Source: an uncultured Bacillaceae bacterium (GTDB lineage Bacteria > Bacillota > Bacilli > Bacillales > Bacillaceae_B). From it: a DNA stretch of 64,000 nucleotides. The translations under genes and the position numbers were made by a program. Location of the stretch: the NCBI GenBank assembly GCA_963762295.1, contig CAVXKK010000003.1:265398-329397 (forward strand), given 5' to 3'. Under the pieces are notes generated by a model that did not search any database, was not told the origin of the DNA, and saw nothing but the letters and a program-made list of their open reading frames with translations. Shown piece by piece: positions 58,242 through 64,000 of the stretch; the stretch's first letter is position 1, and each line of letters opens with the position of its first letter.

Positions 58242-59228
58242 ATGCCGACCATTCTTGATATCGCCCGTGTAAGCGGAGTGTCCAAATCGACCGTTTCCCG
58301 GGTCCTGAATCACCATTCCCATGTCTCGGAAGACAGCCGGAGGAAGGTGGAAGAAGCCATCAAGGAACTTTCCTACGTCCGAAATCTACGTGGCGTCCAG
58401 CTCCGCTTGCAACGAAATCACACGATCGGGATTGTCGTGCCTCTCCTGGATCATCCCTACTTCAGCCGCCTTGCGGGTATCCTCACAAAAACCTGCCGGG
58501 ACGCCGGGTATAAGATGGTCATCCACCAGACCTTCTTTTCCCAGGATGCTGAATCCGAGATCTATGATGCTTTGATTCATAGAGAGGTCGATGCCTTAAT
58601 CCTCACTCACTCCACCTTCTCTGAAAGGGAGATCAAGTCGAAGGTTCAGGATCAGATTGTCGTCGTATGCAATGAACAGTTCGAAGGAGCCCATTTTGAT
58701 ACTGTCGGCGTGGATGAAGAGGAAGCGACGTTCATCGCCACCGATCACCTTCTTCATCAGGGGGCTTTCCCCCTCATCTTCTGCGGAGACGATATGGACT
58801 CTCCTCTCCAACAAAAGCGTTGGGAGGGTTTTAAGCTTGCCCACGCCCATCACGGACTTGAGGGCGCTGACACTTGTTGTTATAACAAGATCATCACCAT
58901 TAAAGACGGGTTGGCATTGGGAGAGGAACTTTTCCGCACCGCTTTGCCACCAAAGGGGATTGTGGCAGGCAGTGACTTTGTAGCCGCAGGGCTACTCGCT
59001 GCTGCGAATGCAGTAGGTCTGTCGGTGCCGGAGGACGTGAAGATCATCGGGTTTGATGATCATCCCATCTGCTTGACGACCTCCCCGACCCTTTCTTCCA
59101 TTTCGTATGCTCTGGAAGAGATCGCGCTAGATCTCATGGGCAGGCTGACACAGCGCCTTCAAGGAAAGAATCCGAAGCCCCTTTTGATCAAACAAAAACC
59201 AGGGTTGGTGAGACGAGGTTCCTCTTAA
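58242..59228 (+). CDS. LacI-family regulator, NtdR-like
   Basis: 'MPTILDIARVSGVSKSTVSRVLN', 'DHPYF', 'HQTFF', 'VCNE', 'IIGFDD'. Confidence 0.9.
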   Translation: MPTILDIARVSGVSKSTVSRVLNHHSHVSEDSRRKVEEAIKELSYVRNLRGVQLRLQRNHTIGIVVPLLDHPYFSRLAGILTKTCRDAGYKMVIHQTFFSQDAESEIYDALIHREVDALILTHSTFSEREIKSKVQDQIVVVCNEQFEGAHFDTVGVDEEEATFIATDHLLHQGAFPLIFCGDDMDSPLQQKRWEGFKLAHAHHGLEGADTCCYNKIITIKDGLALGEELFRTALPPKGIVAGSDFVAAGLLAAANAVGLSVPEDVKIIGFDDHPICLTTSPTLSSISYALEEIALDLMGRLTQRLQGKNPKPLLIKQKPGLVRRGSS

Positions 59229-59471
59229 TGGTTTTATTTTACATAAAATCCAGTTTGGACTATACTTTGTAGTAAGTAAGGTCATAGGAGGGGGCATTTG
59301 AAATCCACCATCCTCGATAACCGCGGGGAGGAACATGAATGGTTGCTTATTTTTCTAACCATCACATCGTTCTTGACCTTCCGCAAGATTCCTAGATTAG
59401 AAGCCTTTCATAAGAAACTAAGGGGAACATTCAAGCCATATTGAAGATCCATTACACCACGGAGGTACACC

Positions 59472-59942
59472 ATGTCCGATCAAGACTCATTCAAAAACGA
59501 ATCACTACCCACAAAAATTTTCATCATCGTATCTGTCAGCCTGATCATTCTCGCGGCCATTGGATTCGTCGTCGCTCTGATTTTCTTCGGCTTCGTCGGT
59601 CTCTTCAGGATAATCGGCATCGAATACAGCTCTTACTGGTCCCTGCTTTGGTTCGCGGTATTCTACTTCATCTGCGGATTCATCGGAGATTTTATCGTGA
59701 AGCTGCTGTTCGGCCTCATGAAGGCTTCGGGACGCTGGTCATGGAACGCATTGAAGGGAGGCTATTTCTTCTTCTCCTTCCTTATCAACTGGGGCATCAT
59801 TTCCATCCTTGTGGCTCTCATGTCGTCCCTTGACATACAGCCCCTGACTCAAATCGGAATCGCCTTGTTCCTCGCCCTGTTGGATCTTGTGTTCGACCCA
59901 CCGAAGGAAAAGAAGGCAGACATGGAAGAAGGAGGCGAATGA
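59472..59942 (+). CDS. YrvL-family membrane protein
   Basis: 'FFGFVGLFRIIGIEYSSYWSLLWF'. Confidence 0.75.
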   Translation: MSDQDSFKNESLPTKIFIIVSVSLIILAAIGFVVALIFFGFVGLFRIIGIEYSSYWSLLWFAVFYFICGFIGDFIVKLLFGLMKASGRWSWNALKGGYFFFSFLINWGIISILVALMSSLDIQPLTQIGIALFLALLDLVFDPPKEKKADMEEGGE

Positions 59943-59957
59943 TCGCCTCCCTCCAAA

Positions 59958-60230
59958 CTAACAAATGCTAACCTCGCTCTTTTTCACCTTACCGGTCGCA
60001 TCGTGGATATAGTCCGTCCCCGACTCACAGTTCTCCGTGTTCTCCCACTCCACAATGTATTCCCTCCAGTTGTGCTGAACGGAAATAACCTCAACTTCAC
60101 CAATGGAATTTTCATGTTCCTTCATAACAATGGATCGGACTTCCTTCTCGGAGATGTTCGGTTGAATGGAATTGCATCCTCCAAGCACCAGTATCAGCGA
60201 TAAAGACCCCACTATTTTCTTCATCCCCAT
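59958..60230 (-). CDS. Small lipoprotein
   Basis: Lipobox LGGC; AGGAGG RBS. Confidence 0.75.
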   Translation of the reverse strand: MGMKKIVGSLSLILVLGGCNSIQPNISEKEVRSIVMKEHENSIGEVEVISVQHNWREYIVEWENTENCESGTDYIHDATGKVKKSEVSIC

Positions 60231-60248
60231 CAGCCTCCTGTTCCTATA

Positions 60249-60275
60249 GACGATGCAATGCTACAGGAAGTTTCA
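60249..60275 (-). promoter_or_regulatory. SigM-type promoter TGAAAC-N17-CGTC
   Basis: Exact consensus match upstream of the lipoprotein. Confidence 0.6.
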
Positions 60276-60320
60276 AGCGGTGGATGCTCACTTTTAAAAT
60301 TGTATATTTTTCCATAAAGT

Positions 60321-60347
60321 TGAAACTTCCTTCAGTGATCATACGTT
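60321..60347 (+). promoter_or_regulatory. ECF-type promoter TGAAAC-N17-CGTT
   Basis: Upstream of the membrane protein at 60372. Confidence 0.45.
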
Positions 60348-60371
60348 TATATATATAAGGGGGAATGACCA

Positions 60372-60683
60372 TTGAAAAAGACAGTTGTTTGGGCAATCTG
60401 CACAGCCATCGTCATGGGTCTTGTCATTTGGACATCAAGCAGGCTCATATCGTTTTCCTACACTGAATACAGCTTCTTCATCGGACTTGGCGTCTCAATC
60501 GTTCTGTTCTTTTTCAGTAGCAGTGGTGGCGTTTTCTCAAGAGCTGCGACCATGGATGCGAGTGAAGCCGTTTGGAAGGTGCAGAAGGTGGAAAAGTCGA
60601 AGGTTAGCGTTGGAGGGGTGTTTTATGGCGCGGTGCTATAAACAGTGGTCAGTTTGGTTAGTATGGTGGCTGTTTATTTCTAA
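60372..60683 (+). pseudogene. Small membrane protein with probable premature TAA at 60639-60641
   Basis: Final TM 'FYGAVL*TVVSLVSMVAVYF' continues in frame after the stop. Confidence 0.55.
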
Positions 60684-60777
60684 GCCTTTGCACGAAGACT
60701 TATTGAAGTATTACTTCCACCCTACTCTGGATTAGTCCCAGTGAAGATAGAATATGCACCTTAAAGGAGCGAACACT

Positions 60778-61041
60778 ATGTTTCTATTAATATGGGGTGG
60801 CCTTCTGGTTCTCCTCGTGATCCTCATCATCCTTCTACCCAAGGGCCGGTATCTCTGGGTGATACCTCCTGCCGCTTACCTCGCCGTGGTCACCGTCGCC
60901 CTTCTCGGTAAAAGCAGCGATCCCGGATATGATGTATGGGAGTTCAAATTTGCGATTTCGCAATTCATCGCCATCCCTCTTTTCGTCATAACGGCAGGTG
61001 TCACCTTTTTCAGGTTGCATTGGAAGAAACAACAATTCTGA
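60778..61041 (+). CDS. Small membrane protein (3 TM)
   Basis: AAAGGAG RBS; hydrophobic. Confidence 0.7.
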   Translation: MFLLIWGGLLVLLVILIILLPKGRYLWVIPPAAYLAVVTVALLGKSSDPGYDVWEFKFAISQFIAIPLFVITAGVTFFRLHWKKQQF

Positions 61042-61121
61042 ACCTGAGAAAAGGCGAATCTCCATTTATTGTGGGTTCGCCTTCTCTTCCTTATCATCCT
61101 GACCCTAGACTGCGATATTCG

Positions 61122-62414
61122 TTACTCAAACTTAACCGACTCTACAATCTTGTCCATATCCCCCTGTACCATCTGTAAATACCGTCCACCGAGCTCCATG
61201 TATTCTTCTTCATGCGTTTGACCCGGCGGTTCATAAGGGATGGAATACACTAACACCAGATCATTACCTGCCGCCATGAATGCTTCAGTCCCTAATGACC
61301 CTTCATAGTAGTCTTCCATTTCTTCCTTGGTCACACCCTCTAGTACACCGATCGTCACCAGTCTGCCGATGAACTTCCCTTCATCCACCATGCTCAATTG
61401 AATCACTTTTGAAGGCTTATACGGCTCAAATAAGTCGGAAGAATCCGGTATTTGAAGTAGGTAATGATTTTTCCAAGACGGTGGAAAAGCAAACGAAAAT
61501 CCGTAATCTTTATCATGGTAGGTTAATGGTTTCGAAGGCTTGACCTTTTCACCGAAACTGTATGCCCGGGTATTGTTGACCTCAGCGGTAGTCTTTGTCT
61601 TGTTCGCTTCTAGTTCACTCCATTTGAGCTCGATTCCCACAATTCCTTCAGCGTTAGGGAAAATACTATAATACTGATGATAGAATGTAATGGAATCCTC
61701 TTGAAGTGTGAATGCGTTTCTTTCCATTTCCTCTAGTGATGTTTCTTCTGCCACACCTGATGCATAATCACCTACAGCATCATGCCGGTATTGAGCGAAA
61801 CGTTCATCCGTCATTAGCTTCTCCCTCATCGCCTCTGCAATGATATCCAGAGAGGTTTCATGTTCTTTCAATACTTCCTCAAGGGTGAGCATGCGCTCCT
61901 CTTTCAAATCGAAGTTAATGGGGACAGAACCCATTACACCCTGACCACCAGTGTTTAAATAATCTCTAAAGTAAATAGAGACGACTTCGTCCGTGATTAT
62001 CGGCTCTTCCATAGTCCTATTAAAGAAATACTTCGTAAAATTCTCATCCTCAAATCCATCACTTGAAAGCTCTTGGCGAAGCTTCTCAAGGCTGTTGATC
62101 TGTCCTTCAAACGTACTCTCCATCTCTTCTTCGATCAATTGATCCAATTTCTCATATCCAAATCGGGGATATTCCACGGTCACTTCCCGTTCCCCGTCCT
62201 TATCTTCAAGCACCACTTTTTCATATGTACTAAGCTCTTTTACCCTGTTTCCCTGAGACTCTTCCTTTTCAGATCCCTCTTTCACTTTCTTTCCTTCAGC
62301 CTGGACCACTTCTTCCTTATCTGCCCCGGCTTCAGCTTTTCCAGTCCCGTCCGCGCACGCCCCAAGTACAGCAACGGTTAACGTCAAGGGAACGGCGATC
62401 ATCCATTTCTTCAT
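61122..62414 (-). CDS. Lipoprotein with DUF4163/DUF3298 (PdaC/RsiV-like) domains
   Basis: Lipobox LGAC; 'VEYPRF', 'YLNTGG', 'INFDLKEERMLTLEEV', 'ITFYHQYYSIFPNAEG'. Confidence 0.75.
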   Translation of the reverse strand: MKKWMIAVPLTLTVAVLGACADGTGKAEAGADKEEVVQAEGKKVKEGSEKEESQGNRVKELSTYEKVVLEDKDGEREVTVEYPRFGYEKLDQLIEEEMESTFEGQINSLEKLRQELSSDGFEDENFTKYFFNRTMEEPIITDEVVSIYFRDYLNTGGQGVMGSVPINFDLKEERMLTLEEVLKEHETSLDIIAEAMREKLMTDERFAQYRHDAVGDYASGVAEETSLEEMERNAFTLQEDSITFYHQYYSIFPNAEGIVGIELKWSELEANKTKTTAEVNNTRAYSFGEKVKPSKPLTYHDKDYGFSFAFPPSWKNHYLLQIPDSSDLFEPYKPSKVIQLSMVDEGKFIGRLVTIGVLEGVTKEEMEDYYEGSLGTEAFMAAGNDLVLVYSIPYEPPGQTHEEEYMELGGRYLQMVQGDMDKIVESVKFE

Positions 62415-62722
62415 GCAGTTTGCCTCCGATACTCTTCTTCTATTTTTCTACCAAGTATTACATCGGTTAGGCTTCCTCATTCTTTAGCGGAATATAGGAA
62501 TAAAGTCACAGACAATACTCGCTCCTGCTTTTTTAATGAGAATGAATGTGCATACGGTAATTCGTCAGCTAGCCCCCTTCTCGATTTTGAACCCTGGTTT
62601 CATATGGTAGTATTTCAACCTGACTCCCTCTAAAAACTAAGCCGCTTCTTAGAAAAAAACTATGTAAATGGAAAGTTATTACTGATACGATAAATCTATC
62701 AAATAATCCTAGGAGACCACCT

Positions 62723-63496
62723 ATGAATTTCATTTTTGATTTAGACGGAACAATCTGCTTTAAAGGTAAGCCCATCTCACCAGCCATCACCCATGCACTC
62801 CAGCAGCTTGAAGAAGCCGGACACCGAATTGTGTTCGCATCGGCCAGACCCATCCGGGACATGCTTCCCGTCCTGCCAAAACCTTTTCATAACGGGACGC
62901 TGATCGGCGGGAACGGAGCACTTATTTCCGAAAACGGGAACATCACATTTTCTCAGGCTTTTTCACCAACCATTGTCGAGACGATGATGAGCACCCTTCA
63001 TGAGCATCAAGCTACCTACCTGATTGACGGAGAGTGGGATTATTCGTATACAGGCCGAGCCGATCACCCGATCCTGGCCAACCTGGACCCTAATCATCTT
63101 GCTACGAATGTACCCGTCAGTGAGCATCCCTCCATCGTGAAGCTGCTCATCCTTAGCGTAATTGAAAAAGAAATCCTTCTGGAAAAACTCGGAGAAATGG
63201 ATCTCGTCCTTAACCTCCATGCTCAGGAGGACGTGATTGACTGCAGCCCGAAAGGCATCCACAAGCATGCAGCACTCACTCACCTGAACATCACGGATTA
63301 CATCGCCTTCGGTAACGACGCCAATGATATCACCATGTTCCAAGGGGCCAGGCACGCCGTCATGATTGGCGACCATCAGGCGTTACGCCCGCATTGTACT
63401 GAAAGCATCTCATCAACTACCGAAACGGAAGAGAAAATCATCGCAAAATTGATGGAATTAAACGATGCCTTCGCATCTGAACGTGTCACATCCTAA
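62723..63496 (+). CDS. Cof-type HAD-IIB hydrolase
   Basis: 'FIFDLDGTI', 'FASARP', 'AFGNDANDITMF'. Confidence 0.92.
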   Translation: MNFIFDLDGTICFKGKPISPAITHALQQLEEAGHRIVFASARPIRDMLPVLPKPFHNGTLIGGNGALISENGNITFSQAFSPTIVETMMSTLHEHQATYLIDGEWDYSYTGRADHPILANLDPNHLATNVPVSEHPSIVKLLILSVIEKEILLEKLGEMDLVLNLHAQEDVIDCSPKGIHKHAALTHLNITDYIAFGNDANDITMFQGARHAVMIGDHQALRPHCTESISSTTETEEKIIAKLMELNDAFASERVTS

Positions 63497-63664
63497 TCGT
63501 ATACAGCAGGGAGCCACAACCAAAAATGTCCACCGACTGTTCAAGCCGGTGGACATTTTAGTAAAAATACTATTCAATGAAGCTCTTATTACCAGATTAG
63601 GAGCATCACGATTTAGTCAGTCCCTCCGATCTACAACCAGGTGAGAATTTGATTCACTCAAAGC

Positions 63665-63994
63665 CTACAGGAACTCCTCCTGATCCCTGGGAGAAACCGT
63701 GAGGAACTTTGAAGCGGAATAGGTGATCCCTATCCGGTCCACTGAAAGCGCCGGCCCCACAAACGGACTCTTTATAAAAGCAACTCTCTCAATCTCTTGG
63801 ATAGGAACCCGTAAGGTGATAGGACCATAATAAATCACCACTTCCTCCTCCTCCACGCGGTAGCCCGTCCGGAACCAGATAAGAAGGTTCACGACACCAA
63901 GCACCAGTGGGATTACAAAGATCCAGACCCACTCATCGGATAAAACCGGCAGTACGAAACAGAGAAACATGATGATAAGATGAAGGAATCTCAT
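63665..63994 (-). CDS. Bacterial PH-domain membrane protein; N-terminus may extend beyond the window
   Basis: TMs then 'TGYRVE...YGP...PALSVDRIGI...VSPRDQEEF'. Confidence 0.75.
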   Translation of the reverse strand: MRFLHLIIMFLCFVLPVLSDEWVWIFVIPLVLGVVNLLIWFRTGYRVEEEEVVIYYGPITLRVPIQEIERVAFIKSPFVGPALSVDRIGITYSASKFLTVSPRDQEEFL

Positions 63995-64000
63995 CCACCC

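Noticed and set aside
1-64000. Prophage, IS element, integrase, rRNA or tRNA genes
   Set aside because: No recognisable motifs or cloverleaf-like sequences were seen by eye; a covariance-model scan was not possible.

Overview
Chromosomal accessory-type region of a Bacillaceae genome. Gene content, strong Shine-Dalgarno sites and closest remembered homologues (B. subtilis YbxG, YbfM, NtdB/NtdR, AdhA/AdhR, YfiT) support this; a Rossellomorea/Bacillus marisflavi-like host is an inference only. The window is densely packed with small regulator/target pairs (AraC, TetR, ECF sigma/anti-sigma, WYL, two LysR, two MerR, XRE-cupin, PadR, MarR, LacI), many with visible palindromic operators. No rRNA, tRNA, CRISPR-Cas, transposase or integrase was recognised. 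The most unusual signal is non-coding: three dispersed copies (about 15.26, 41.61 and 43.64 kb) of a ~165-185 bp element made of 8-9 degenerate 11-mers (consensus TTAYTWYCRAC) with unrelated spacers but near-identical helically phased spacing (21-21-21-30/31-20-20-20[-20] bp). Other notable items are an ntdB-ntdR pair lacking ntdA/ntdC, a ytkA-nosD-nosL-nosY-nosF cluster without nosZ in the window, a BltR-like MerR regulator facing a pssA-dedA(petA)-GNAT operon, an AT-rich solitary AIPR gene, a PadR-SEDS operon and a DEDD-exonuclease-BRCT fusion. About ten genes are broken by indels or stops, several in homopolymers, so many 'pseudogenes' may be assembly errors. All family calls come from motif recognition by eye, not database searches.
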